This document shows positions 40,574 to 56,665 of a stretch of 64,000 bases of DNA, in pieces (position 1 is the stretch's first letter; the number at the start of each line of letters is the position of its first letter). The stretch is from the human T2T-CHM13v2.0 reference genome, Homo sapiens, in the NCBI RefSeq assembly GCF_009914755.1, contig NC_060936.1, one strand, 5' to 3'. Under the pieces are notes generated by a model. That model was given only the letters and a program-made list of their open reading frames with translations, had not been told where the DNA came from and did no database searches. A program made the translations under genes and the position numbers.

Positions 40574-41083
40574 TTATTTTCTCATTTAAACAAATGGGGA
40601 CAAAAAAAGAGAGGAACAGTATGGCTACCACCATCCTCAATTAATCCTGCCTTAAACACTGATATGATGACAGGAGCTGTGGCAGCCATCCTGTGAGCAC
40701 GAGGAAAGGATGAAGGGATGCATAGGCATAAGGCCCTTGGACACAGCTGAGCCACTGGAGCGATGCCTCAGGACTTCTGCTTTGTGAGAAAAATAACTCT
40801 TTACTTGTATCAACTATTAGCAACTAGTGTGTTTCTAATTAATACACATCTCATCTCCATATTGCAGAGAAGGAAACTGAGACATAGGGGGGTTACGTGG
40901 CTTTCCCAAGCTGGTGAGTAGCTAAGCCAGTGCCCAGTCCAGGTGCATCAGGATCTGGAGTTTGTACAATTAATATCCTACTCTATGGAAAGAGATGAGT
41001 GGAAAGACAAAATTATGAGCATTTGTCCAGTCCTATTTAGAGCAGACTCATGTCACATTGGATGAAAAAAATTAGGTCACTAG

Positions 41084-41422
<339 letters not shown>

Positions 41423-41765
41423 TAATCTGCCCTGCCCATCCCGTTTGTGTGTCTGTGTGTAGGGGATGTAGCTGGCGAATGAATCAGAGAAAGAGACAGG
41501 TGTGAGCCTGCTTTCCTGAGGCTTCCATCTTAGAGGAAGGCAGGCAGATGGCCAATGGCAGGATAACACACATGCCAGATGATTTCAGAGTGAAGTTCCC
41601 CCGGGAAGCAGCAGGCGGAAGGGTGTGGACCTCTGCAAAGGGCTCTCCCGACTGTGAAGTCACAAATGGGCTTTCTCAAGTACCTGGAGCCTGGCTGTGT
41701 GGGATCACATCCCACAGCCGGGTGGTCCCTAAATGAGCTGATTCTCATCAAAGCCGAGAAGCATA

Positions 41766-41900
41766 GTCAGGTGTGGTGGCTCACGCCTGTAATCCCAGCA
41801 CATTCAGAGGCCAAGATGGACGAGCCACTTGAGGCCAGGAGTTTGAGGCCAGCCTGGCCAACATGGAGAAACCTTGTCTCTAAAAAATAAAAGAATAAAG
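41766..41900 (+). mobile_element. FLAM / Alu left monomer
   Basis: Single monomer with A-rich tail; short TSD agaagca. Confidence 0.85.
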
Positions 41901-41996
41901 AAGAAGCAGAACTTTGTAGAGTCCCTCCAGGAAGCAGTGCCACGAGGCCTTGGGGCTGCTTACTACAACTGAAGGAAGTGTAAGCGACCGCCTCTC

Positions 41997-42647
<651 letters not shown>

Positions 42648-42663
42648 TCTCGGGCAGTGATTC

Positions 42664-42769
42664 TTCCACAACATTCTGTAGAGATTCCTCCAGAACATTC
42701 TGTAGAGATTTTTCTAGAATGCTCTATAGGAATTCTAGAACATTCCATAGGGATTCTTCTAGAGCATTC
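42664..42769. repeat. About 24-bp tandem repeat (4.5 copies) built on TTCnnGAAnnTTC
   Basis: Motifs start at 42664, 42688, 42712, 42733 and 42757; perfect TTCTAGAACATTC at 42733-42745. Confidence 0.85.
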
Positions 42770-43186
42770 AGTTACTAGGATAGCGGCCTATAGACACAGA
42801 GCCACTCTTTTACACACCTCTTGGGTTTAATGCATGATTCAATATATATTTCATAAATATGGAATAATATTGGTGCTCAGCAGAGACACAGCAACCTTGG
42901 ATGCAGTAGAGGAGTTAGCTGGCTTCTCTTACATCTTTTCTTGCCAAAAAGAGTCTGGAATTATCAAAGACACCAGTGACCCCTTCAGCTCACCTTGGAC
43001 AGATTCCAGAGACAGGAATGGAAGCCGTCCTGGTGTGGAGAGATTTTATTAAGGAGGAGCGTTCCTCACGTCCGTGTCCACACTGCTGAGATGGGTTCAC
43101 AGGAGTCCCTGCCTTTGAATTGGGGTCTCTCCTGTCTGCACAACAGGGAATTTATTGGCTCAGAGAATCTGAAGAAGGCTGTGTGA

Positions 43187-43623
<437 letters not shown>

Positions 43624-46006
43624 ACATACCTGAATTCTTTATTGAGTGGAAAATATGGCTGACCACAACGCCCAGATTTTATAGACAGTAGTTCCACTGC
43701 CTTTGGGAATCCAGTTCTTGTTCCCAATTTCAGGTATTAATATCCTAGGGAATTCTCTGATGTGCTTTTGGGTTTACCGGCCTCCCATGGACCATTCATG
43801 TGTAGGAGGCATGAAGGCCAGGGCACGTGAAAGCATGCCTGCCGCCCTGGACACTGTTCAGCAGGTCCCAGAAGGAGCCTATGTTTACAGAGTAAGAGGA
43901 GAGGCTGACCAGCAAACAGAAGGGTCTGATTCATCCCCAAATCACGAGACGAGCAAGGTGAGAGCATTCTCCACTGTTCCCCTTTGTTGCATCTCTCTAC
44001 CTCATGCCTCTCCAGCTCCTGTTTGCCTTCAGGCCATTCTCACAGGCAATGCTGAGTGGAATCAACTTCCAGACATAAGGCATAGAAGCCACACTACGTG
44101 TGGGTTGCTTGCATTGATAGAAAAATTTCCAGAAAGCTGCTGGCCATCTCTTGTGTTATAGAGAGAAAGAAATCTCTTCATCTCACGTATAAGGCCAAAA
44201 TGGGAGTATTATTAATGCATCTTAATGCTGACAATGCCATTTTGTGCCACCTACACTGACACTCATATTTGTTTTTGTGATTTATAACAGCAGTATTGTT
44301 TAATTAAATGTTAATTGCACCAGGACTACAAACGTATATTCTCTTTGAAATTCAGGGATAATGCTGAAGTTCCCATCAATTATTCTCTCAAACCCACATC
44401 TTCTCTTTTCCCCAGGCTCAACCATTGATTTGTTTGTTTTGTACCTTGTTGGACAGCTCTATAAAATTGCATACATGTATTGGAGCCTAGAACCTGAGAG
44501 GTTTAAGTATGTTGTGTGTGTCTGTGTGGGTCTTCTTTGAAAAGTCAATAAACTCTGGGTACTTTGGTGCAACTTTTTAATTCAACAATGGATCATGGAT
44601 ATTTTTTATGTTATCATATGTAGGTTTAGCTCATTTTAAACTACATTTCCCTATTAATGGATATTTTCAATTGTTTCCACTTTTTCCTTATTAACCTGTG
44701 CTGAAATACTCATGTGTGGAGGAGAATATTTCTCTTGTTGAAATTTCTGAGAAGTGAAATTGGTGTATGCTTTTAAAATTCCAAGTCCTGCTCCTACCAG
44801 GAGTGAGAGTGTGAAAAGATACCTGTTTCCGATACCCTCGTCAGCACTTGATACTAACAATCCTTTTAACTTTTATTACAATGTTCTCAAATGGTGGTTT
44901 AGAGACATGAAAGGCCATCTGTGAACACTGGGTTTGTACATTCCAGGCAGGTAATTGGCACTTGTAAGATGGGAAAATAGTTTGAGTAAAGCACAGCATT
45001 TCATTAACAAAAGCTGACTTTTAAAATCAAATGATCTACTATTTGCAGGATTTTAGCCTTTTGCTCATCCCAACAGTTAACTGCAAAATTGACCGTCTTT
45101 GTAAGTTGTTCCCAAATGATATACACTCAGCTCCCAAACAAGATGTCATTAAGGAGCTTCACTCTCTGCGCTTGATGGAACAGCAGCTGCTTCTTTGTGA
45201 AAAAAATAATAATAATAAATAAATAAATAAACAAACCCCACCACAGTATACTTTTTGAAATGGTCTTAAAGTCGAGAAACGTTTGTGGGACATGATTCTG
45301 CAACAAATGGAACTTTGGATTTGTGTGTTGGGTGGAAAATTGGACTGGAAGAAGTTTAAAATCCTTTCCAACTTGGACAGCCTGTGTGCCTGTGGTTCCC
45401 TTGGTGATTCTCAATCATAAGGATGACTAATTCATTCAACAAAATATGACTTTATTTCCTGCCATCTGCCCAGCACTGCTCAGGATGTGGGGATGAATCA
45501 GGGAATGAGACACATGGACCTGGTTTCATGAGGCTTCCATCCTAAAGGCAGGCAGGCAGGCAGGCAGGCATCGGCAAGATAATGCACCTGCCAGATCATT
45601 TGAGAGACTGGGAAGTGCTCACGAGAGATAGGCAAGCTGTCTTGATGGAGACGGACTGGAGAAGGAGGTTAGGAAGCTAGGAGCTGACATGAAACTACAT
45701 TTCCCTACTACTGGATAATGGTCAGGAGGATGCACTCTAAGGGGGCTAGGGATGAACATTAAATTCCAGGACGAGGTCCTGAGAGAGGCTCTGCTCTGTT
45801 ACCTGACAGTCTAGGAGGGGACAGTCTATGAGGGGACCATCAACCCTTGCTTAAGGGCAGGACACCAGACTGAATCATGTCAGCATCGCTTCCAGATTCG
45901 AGATTCTACAGTTTTCTAAAATGCTGGCAAATCTGAAATCTGAGCTCTTCTCCCCACAGACGCAGGAGTCCACGATGTGAGTGGCATCCACAGCTCCCCG
46001 TGGTGA

Positions 46007-46629
<623 letters not shown>

Positions 46630-47194
46630 GGAAAGAGCTTTCATTGTGTTTTACCAGGTTGGTGTGGTTCACTTTTATTGCAGTTTTTGAGTGACAGTGG
46701 AGTAGTAGGACTTGGAGGGTAGATTGTCAGCCACTCATAGCTGTGAGACCTAGGAAAAGTTCCTCCACTGTCCCGTGCCTCAGTTTTCCCCTCTGCAAAG
46801 TCCTCATGGATTTGGGACTGGTGGGTTACTTCACATAGATAAGGCATTTGATGTCCGCCGCACAGTGAGCCCTCGACTCAAACTGGCTCCCCTTGCCAGG
46901 GCAACCCTCCCTCTGTGTCCCGTGTGGTGCCCGGCTTCCTTGGGGCAGGCGTACAGTGAGATTTAGGGTCCAGGTGGGTTGGCCTTTAGTTCTGTGTCCA
47001 TGAAGCTTGCCTCACAGGTGGCCACTGAGTTGGTGAGCATCTCCCTGCAGGTCCGTCCCTGGTACATGCAAATCTGCCTGTTGTGTGGTCTCCTTAGGCA
47101 CATCCTTCTCTGGGGTTTTGTCACCTTCATGACGATGCCAAAATACCCACACAGCACTTGGCCTGTAGAGAATCCCCTCCATGATCCCTCCTGC

Positions 47195-47493
<299 letters not shown>

Positions 47494-48890
47494 TAGACAG
47501 TATTGATCTCCAAACCCTCTCTGGGACATTGATGTTTGGAACAAATTCAAGAAGTTTCCCAGGCTACTTTTGCTCTCTTCTCTATCATATCTATGTCTGA
47601 GGCTGACTTTCTGCTTGAAAGGGAGTGAGAGGGCACAGGGAAAAGATAGGTGTAGAGAAATATGTCAAGAAGGGCATCCCAGCTATGTGGGAAAATGTGC
47701 CTAGGCAGCTATCAGGGCTGACGGCATGTTGCTCAGGGCCTTGCAGGACACAGATGTCACATTCCAAAGGGACGATGGAGGGGAGTTTAGTGAAGGCACC
47801 ATTGTCAAGGGTGGAGGCAACATGAGACTAGTAGCAGTAAAGCCTGATGCCACCCCAACACCTGCAGGGTCAGGGGAGCCTTCCCTGCAGGAGCCGAGAG
47901 GATCCACAGTGAGATGCAGCCAACCCATGGAGGCCCTGCAGGGGAAAAGCCAGTGGAAGGAATATAACAGCCTCTCTACTCCTGCCCTCCGTCTTCTGCC
48001 AGAGTGTCTCATTGGTTGGATCCCAAATCCAACCAAAGACAATGAAACCTATGAATGCATTTATAAAACATCCCCCAAGACATAGAGCAGTGAAGAGTCT
48101 AAGGGGTAAATGGGAAGTGTCTAGTGCAACAAGCTTGTGCTCTAACCCAAACTGATGAATGCTGGGGTCTTCTCTGCTGGAGAGAGCTTTTGCCACATTT
48201 CATGCAATTTATACATTTAAGGGACCAGACTCAGGAATCCAACTTTCCTGTCTCCCAGACTCTTGCCACCTAAAAATAGACTGATGAACAATTTTTGTGT
48301 AGAAAAGCCAAAATCAATTCAGTAATGGCTACTGCTGCCTTCAACAGTGGAAAAGGTGGGGAGAAGGAGGCAGCACCCTGAGAATGCATGAAGGACTGTG
48401 AGGAATGGGCTTTCTACTCACAGGTAGAATCCTATTTAATCATAAGCTCGAGAGCAGGTTTTGCTACCTTCCATAACATCCATAAATTATCCCCGTATAT
48501 TTAAGAGTCGGGTTCATTGATTTATAATACAGTTCATTTATAAAAACCAAACTTATTTCACAGATGACAGCAGCTACTTGAAATGCTCTTTAAAGGGAAG
48601 ATGGCCTAAAAATTATCCAGTTTGGTCTGAAACAAATTATTCACAAGGAATGCAGTGTCAGCAGGAAATGGGCCACGTATTAGTCGCTGACAGGATGAGA
48701 CCATATCAGTATCTGATAATTATTCCAGCACTTCAGGATGGAAACACACTGATAAGATGGGGAGTGGGGAGTGCCAACGGAGGCCACAGATGCCCAGCAG
48801 CAGAGAGACATCATGCATGGTCTACCATCTGAAAAATATATTTCGGGGGCTACTGATTTTTCTCTTTTAAAAGAGGCAAAGTGGGTATAT

Positions 48891-49560
48891 TGAAACGACC
48901 TGAATGTTAGAGTATCACCCAGAGTTTGTGGTCTCATGGCCGTGGAGAACAAGGACATGGAGATATGAAGAGTGAAGTTAAAAGTGGAAGTTTAATTGGC
49001 AAAAGAAAGAACAGCTCTCTGCTGCAGAGAGGGGTCCTGGAGAAGTGGGTTGCCGGATCCATGGTGAAACACAGGGGGTTTTATAGATCAGCTGGTGAGG
49101 AGGCAGTGTCTGGTTTACATAGGGCATGAAAAACTGGTTGGACCAAATGTGCCATTTGCATAGAGTGTGAAAAACTGGTTAGACCAGAAGTGCCATTTGC
49201 ACAGGGCTCGAATCTCTGGCAGCCCCCACCCTAATCTCTTACTATGCAGGTGGGTCCCCTGCCTCAGCTGTGCCATGTTGCCCATTCCTTTACTGTACAC
49301 CTGGTAACAAAAAAAGGGAAGATGGAGCCTCCATGTTGGACACACCTGGCCCCCACGTAGCCCTTTTCTATTGGCACAGCTGCCGGCATTCCCCCGTGCA
49401 AGCTTCCAGCTTGCTTATCTATGTTTGCAGCTTGATTTTTCAGGCTGCTCTTTGTTAGACAAGAAATGTTTTCCTGGGCTGCTTTGTGTTAGAAGGGAAG
49501 CTCTGCTGAGGACTCTTTCACTCTATCTACCTAAATAATTTCTTTCTACCTCCTTTATCA
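48891..49560 (-). mobile_element. LTR9-family (ERV1) solo LTR
   Basis: Minus strand starts TGATAAAGGAGGTAGAAAGAAATTATTTAGG and ends ...CGTTTCA; internal 41-bp tandem containing ATTTGCAT; near-TSD atat/gtat. Confidence 0.85.
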
Positions 49561-50010
49561 GTATTATCTATTGCTGTGGAATGGATGACTATGAGCTTAA
49601 GGTCCTAAACAACATACAGTTATTATCTTGTGGTTTCTGTGGGCCAGGAGGCTGGACATGGCTTTGCTGAGTCTGCTGAGAATTGTGATCTGATCGAGGT
49701 ATCACTCAGGGAGGAGAGCTCATCTGAACGTGAGGCTGGGGAAGGAGCTGCTTCCAAGCTCACCTAGGTTATTGCAGAAGTTCCTGTGGGCTGCCCTCCT
49801 TCCTGGCCTCATGGATCCCTGACATGGCCTCTTGCTTCATCAAGCCAAGAAGAGAGTCCTAGCAACCTGGGTCTCCCAATACCACACAATGCAAACATGC
49901 ATATCCCATCACCTATACCACCTTCACCTTTACCACCTTCTACTGGTTAGAGCAAGTCTCAGGTCCTGCCTGCCCTCTGGGAAGGAGACCACACAAGGGG
50001 GTGAACATCA
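49561..50010 (-). mobile_element. MLT1E/F-like LTR remnant
   Basis: tatctattgctgt...gtttctgtgggccaggag...ctgcttccaagctcac...ctactggttagagcaagtc. Confidence 0.75.
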
Positions 50011-53000
50011 GCAGGAACAGGATGGAGACCACAGTGAGAAAGGCAGAAAACTATCTTGGGGGAAGAAAAGGAAGCTGGAAAGAGAAAGGAGAATGATAGC
50101 ACGAGACACAAAGATGGATATGTGAAAGTTGCAGGAAAGTGGCTTTAAGACATTTGTTATTTCCGAATATCTGAGCCCTTCGCAGAAAGTAAAGCAATGA
50201 AATTTCACTGGAACAAAAGCTGAGAAGAAAGGCCCAGCCCTTATTTTATTGAGTGTTGTAAGAGCAACCAACACCAAGAGGTCAACCAGAGTATTCCCAC
50301 TGACTTTACACCAAAGGACTTTTCTCTGTTTTTTCCCAAGAAAGCCCAGGCAAAGAGAAATTGTTTTGCTGGCTCCTTCCCATTTGCATCTCGGGCCTCA
50401 GGGAGGCACCGGAGCGCCATTCAGACAGACCCATCAGCTCTAATCTCCTTTAATAACTGAGCGCTCCCACCCTACAGCGGCCCTGGGAAGCATTAGAATG
50501 AGCTGGGGATGGAAAGCATCCCCTCTGTTTTCCAGGATTTTAATGGAGTTGTTGAAAAGGAGGTTTTGTTCAGCAACTTACTGTGCCCCAGGAGGCCTGC
50601 AGCAGCCAGGCTGGCTACTGACAGAGTAAGGAGGAGACAGACTCAATATTGTAAATGTCCACTGAAAGCTCCGAGAGGAAAGAGAGGTAGCAGGGAGCAG
50701 GGAAGGCAGGAAGGCTGGGAGAGGGTGGTAGAAACACTGTCACGATGGTGAGTTCTGTCTGCTGGAAACCAGACAGGCTGTTCATCCCAGTCTGAATTCC
50801 TGACACAGTAACTCAGCTCCGAGGAGTTTCAGGGTGATCCACCCAGCTCTGCTCTACTTATGTAAGGAAACAAAAAGAGAACTCCTCCCCAACCCCCATC
50901 ATGTCACTCGATATTTCTTCAGAGCCCTTTCCCTTCCTGATCACAGGAGGTCAGGCAGAAAGGCTTCTCTTTGGCTTCCGACAGCTTCTTTTTCTCCCTG
51001 AACTTCACAGGAAAGATTATGACAGTGCTGCCCCAAAGCAGGAGCTATGGTCCTCTGATTCTCTGTGGAGTAATTAGATCACATAGTGAGAGCATTTCTC
51101 CTTTGTAAACCCTCCAAGGTCAGAGTCTCTTTGGGCACTGGCATGGCTGTGATGCTCCCGCTCTCGCTCGCCTCCCTTCTAGCACAGCAGGGCCAGGAGT
51201 TCGGCTTGCAGCCTTGGCATACAGCAGCACATATCTAGAATGGTGCTCATTGCAGTTATTTCTTATGGTTGACTTCTATTTATAAAACATTGTAATGACT
51301 GTCCAGTCAGGTAGCAGTAACATTTTTCTTTTACATTACATTTATGGAAGTTAAAACGGTGATTCTGTGAAGCTGGAAACTCTGCAGGTTGTTAAACTTC
51401 CTATGTGATCTACTGTAAGATAAGTCATTATCTAATGGACCACCATGCTGGAGGGTCTGTTGTCAACTCAGCCCACCACCCTTCCAAGGTTGAGAACCTC
51501 GTGTCCCAGGATCCCTTTCCAGGCACAGTTCAGGTGTGCTAAAAAGGGGAATTTGCACAAGAAGGCACAAAAGAAGTAGAAGCTTGTATTCTCCAGGGTC
51601 AGTTGCAAGCAGGCAAGTAGGCAGATAAGAGATTCACAGTGGCTTCTGGACACACTGCTAAACCATTCACTTCACTGCAGCCAACTGAAGTGGTTGGTGG
51701 AGCTTGGTGGACTGTCTTGAAGCTTATAATCGTTCCTAAAAAGTCTTGGAGAATCACTGGCTTTGCTTCCACCAGAGGCGTTCAATGTCAGCTCCTCTCA
51801 CCTTTCACAGCAGCCTCTCTACACACTCTTGGAAGGATATTTTAAGGAGGTGAAATAATTAATGGCTCCTCTCTAAGCAATATTGGGGGTGGTTGAGTTG
51901 GGTGGTTATGGTGAGATATTAATCGGTCAAAGGTCCATCCTCATTCAAACTCATTTCTGTTATCATCGGCAGCATCTTTAGTGGTCAGAAAGCACCTAGA
52001 CACATGTCATGTCACAGGAGGTCAAGCACATGAGTGACCTGACACACCCACTCCACCAAGAGCAAAGCATCTCAGCGGCTTCTTCATTGAAGGATAGTCA
52101 CTTGCACATTACTGGACACAGAGAGCATCCTGTTGGCCATTCTGCATCAGCAATGGCACGATGAATACACACTAGTGTTGAGTGGAGACCAAAGTGAGCT
52201 CCAGTCAGGGGTGTTGTGATGCTGACAGCGTGGGTCCTGCAGGCAGCATCAGCCTGAGGAGCAGGGTATGAAAGGCAGGGCTTATTAACAGAGATGACTT
52301 TCTATTGCTTTGCTGGAATGAAACATTAAAATTATCTTCAGTAATAGTCACCAAACTTTCCTAACTATGAAAGAAATGTGTTTTACAGTCATCTCTCAGA
52401 AAAGTTTGCCTTTTAGGCACATTACAGGATTGCATTTTGCAACTTCTTCTTGTGCAAGTGGGTCCAAGCATGATTAGATCTCACCCAGCACAGGCGCCAG
52501 TGAGACTCTCCAGTCCTGTTTTTCTGCAGGCAACTGGCAACTCTTTTGAGGTGGTATCTGCTCCCTCAACCTGGGTCCTGAGTGACACTGATGAGGAGAG
52601 CAAGCCCTGCTGATCAGTTACAAACATGCAGCACAGACAAGCCATGAAAAGGTGTTTTTAAGCTACTGAGATATGGGGATTCTTTGTTACCACAGCATAA
52701 CCTATCCTATGCTGATTGATATAGTTATGTGTCCATGTTGGTTTTATGTCAAACAATGCACTGATATTTGGCATTATATTTTACTCTCTTTCATTTACCT
52801 CTAAAATATTAGCTGCAATCCAATGGTTTCATGACTCATGATGGGTATGAAAAACATAGTTGCAAATGTACATGTGTTTTTGTGATTGGTTGTTTGATCT
52901 CTGCCTCCCTGCCTACATCATAGCACCATGAGGCTGGTGGTATTTAGTGAATGAATAAAATTATTCTATCTAGTTATTTAGATGTCCTGACCCCACTGAT

Positions 53001-54670
53001 GATACTTTTCAAGTTGGCCTATAAGCCCAGCACGGACTAAGAAAATGAGCACCACCTCTCATGGGGAGAATGAGTCGATTTATCACTGAGAAGATGGGCA
53101 TAGTGGGGCAGCAAGGCTGGGAAGACTATTAATAACAAAGCCAGGATTAACTGGCTTTAATTTTGCATGTGGTTTTTACCAAATATCAAGAGAACGGAGC
53201 TCCTTATGTTACTTTGTTGTCTTGAGATGCTCACATATAGAGCTTCTCTTGGAAATAAGCCTACACCTCCCTGCCTTGTGGGGAAATGGGCTGGGATCCA
53301 TGTCCATGCAATAAGAAATTGAACATTAACGTAATGTCAAAGAAGGTAAGCTTAGAATGAAATCCATTCAATTATTGTACATTCGACTTTAATCTGAAAG
53401 AAGCTTCTTCGTTGCCTTGGCTGCACTGCAGGTAATGGAAAGGTAAAATTGGCTTTAAACTTTTATTTTATTCATTGTAAGATAACTGATTTCAAATATT
53501 GAACTTCCTTCAGAGAAACAATAAATTACTTTCTGAAATATAAATTATGCCAATAATGGATGAGCTGGATATAAATGGAATTCCATCGTCCTTGGAATGT
53601 ATTCGTGTGTGCATTTTTCTACAAATGGAAGAAAAGAGAATTACAGTGGTGAAATAAAACAGTAGCACCGGTATATTATTATATGTTCTCTAAAGATATA
53701 CAGCCAGTGTGTTGTGTGAATTAAATGAACCACAGAGGCTGAATATCCTCAGGAAGATGAACCTCAGACTTTAAAATAAAAAGGGAAACATGAGCCTCAT
53801 CTTACTTATAAAATAAGTGAGCGCTACCACCTAGAACATTCCAGGCAGTTCTGCTCTGAGTTCCTCAAGAAGGTATTGCAGAGCTAGACAAGGTCCTAGT
53901 AAGACCAAGTGATTGGTAGAGTTAGTAGCTTCCGCAAAACAGTATAAAGGGGTTTCCCTTTCATCTTGTTTTCTGAAAAAGTACAGTGATGATGCAAAAA
54001 GAAGATGTCCTTTAAGAAAGGTACCTGCACTTTGTCCTATTCACTCCATGGATCTAAACAGAACTCATCAGTAGAATGCACTGTTTCTCTACTTGTTTTG
54101 CAGGTAACAGCTGGCCATTTTGGACAGGTGAAAGTGAAGCCCAGATTCAATTCTAAAAATAAGAAGTGGAGATAGAGGTGACAAACTTTTCTGTGTGAAA
54201 ATGTATTTTCTCATCCAAGAAATATTTATCAAGTACCTGCCATATACCTGGCACTTCTCCACACACTAGGGAAATGGCAGTGCACAAAATGAACAAAAGT
54301 CTACATCCCATGAAGATTTTCTCCTAATATTAATAGAAAGATGCCATACATTGGCCTAGGCAAAGATTTTTTGGATAAGAACTCGAAAGCACAGTCAACA
54401 AAAGCAAAAATAAACAAATGGTATTACATCAAACTAAAAAGCTTCTGCACAGCAAAGGAAACAATGGAGTAAAAAGACAACCTGCAGAAGGGAGAAAACA
54501 TTTGCAGCCTCTGCATCTGACATGGAGTTAACATCCAGAATAAAAAAGGAATTCAAACAACTCAACCACAACAGAAACAAACACTCGAGTTAACAATGGC
54601 CAAAAGACCTGAACAGACATTTCTCAAAAGAAGATTTACAAATGGCCAAAAAGTATCTTTAAAAAGGCTC

Positions 54671-55039
<369 letters not shown>

Positions 55040-55376
55040 TCAACTCATCCCAGTTAGAATAGGTATTATCCAGAAGAAAAAAAATAACAAATGCTGCTAA
55101 GGACGTGGAGAAAGTGGAACTCTTCTGCACTGTTGATGGGAATGTAACTTAGTACAGCTATTATGGCCAACAGTACAGAGGTTCCTAAAAGACTTAAAAA
55201 TAGAACATATGACCCAGCAATCCTACTACCAGGTATATATCCAAAGGTAATGAAATCAGGATGTTGAAGAGATATCTGCACTCCCATGTTTATTGCAGCG
55301 CTATTCACGACAGCCAAGATATAAAATCAACCTAAGTGTCCGTCAGTGGATGAATGTGTTTTAAAAATGTGGTATA

Positions 55377-55788
55377 GCTGCATACTATTCCATGGTGTGT
55401 ATGTACCACATTTTCTTTATCCAGTCTATCATGGATGGGCATTTAGGTTGATTCCATGTCTGTGCTATTGTGTCCTTTGCAGGGACATGGATGGAACTGG
55501 AGGCCATTAGCCTTAGCAAACTAATGCAGGAACAGAAAACCAAATACCAAATGTTCTCACTTATAAGTGGGAGCTAAATGCTAGAAGACATGGAGACATA
55601 GAGGGGAACAGCACACACTGGGGCCTACTGGAGGGTGGAGGGTGGGAGGAGGGAGAGGATAAGGAAAAATAATTAATGGGTACTAGGCTTAATACCTGGA
55701 TGATGAAATAATCTGTACAACAAACCCGCTTGACACAACTTTACCTATGTAACAAACCTGCACGTGTAACCCTAAACTTAAAAGTTTT
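55377..55788 (+). mobile_element. Older L1PA (about PA11-13) 3' end with 5' inversion, nested in L1MA
   Basis: 55377-55472 antisense, 55471-55788 sense (TG microhomology); degenerate TSD aaaatgtggtata / aaaatgtgttcta. Confidence 0.85.
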
Positions 55789-56261
55789 AAAATGTGTTCT
55801 ATATACCCTATGGAATACTATTCAGCCATAAATATAAATGAAATCCTGTCATTTGCAACAACATGGATGAAGAGCCTGAAGGACATTATGTTAAGTGGAA
55901 TAAGCCAGGCACAGAAAGACAAATACCGCATGATCTCACTCACACATGGAATCTAAAAAAGTTGATCTCATAGAAGTAGACAGTAGTATTTACCAGAAGC
56001 TGGGGTAAAATTATTATGTGTCAATTAAAAATAAAATAAGACTAAACAAAAAGATGTCATAGTATGTTAGAAGGTGATAAGTGTTATGTAGAAAAAATAT
56101 ATTGGAAAAGGGGGACAAGGAGTGTTGAGATGAGGGTGGATCCTGGCCTTAGATAAGATGGTCAGGGAAGAGCCTACTGAGAGGGAGACAGTCAAACAAA
56201 AACCGTATATTGATGCAGAAGACAGCATGCAGAAATCGGAGGGATGGACTTGCAGATAGAT

Positions 56262-56446
56262 GCAGAATTTTTCAAACCTAGTGCTGTGTGAGGCAGCTGT
56301 CCTGGGTACTGTAAGATATCCAGCAGCGTCCCTGTCTTCTACCCACTAGGTGCCATAGCACCTCTCCCCCATTGTGACAAAAATATCTCCAGACATTGCA
56401 GAATGTCCCCCAGGAGGCAAAATCGCCTTTGGTTGAGAACCACTGA
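56262..56446 (-). mobile_element. MER20 within an L2 remnant
   Basis: atctccagacattgcagaatgtccccc...ggcaaaatcgcc...ggttgagaaccactg. Confidence 0.85.
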
Positions 56447-56665
56447 GCTAGAAAAAATAGCAAATGAGAAGGCGCTCAGTTGGAGACCTGCCGATGTTTT
56501 CCAGGAACAAGGGGGCTGGTTTGCCTGGAATAGAGTGAACAAGATAAATGCATGAGAGATGAAGTCAGGAAGACCATGGAGGCCACAAGCATGAGGCCCG
56601 TGGGCCATTCTGACACTGAGGTCTACTCCACATGAGGTAAGCAGCCACTGGGGGCTCTCAGTCTA

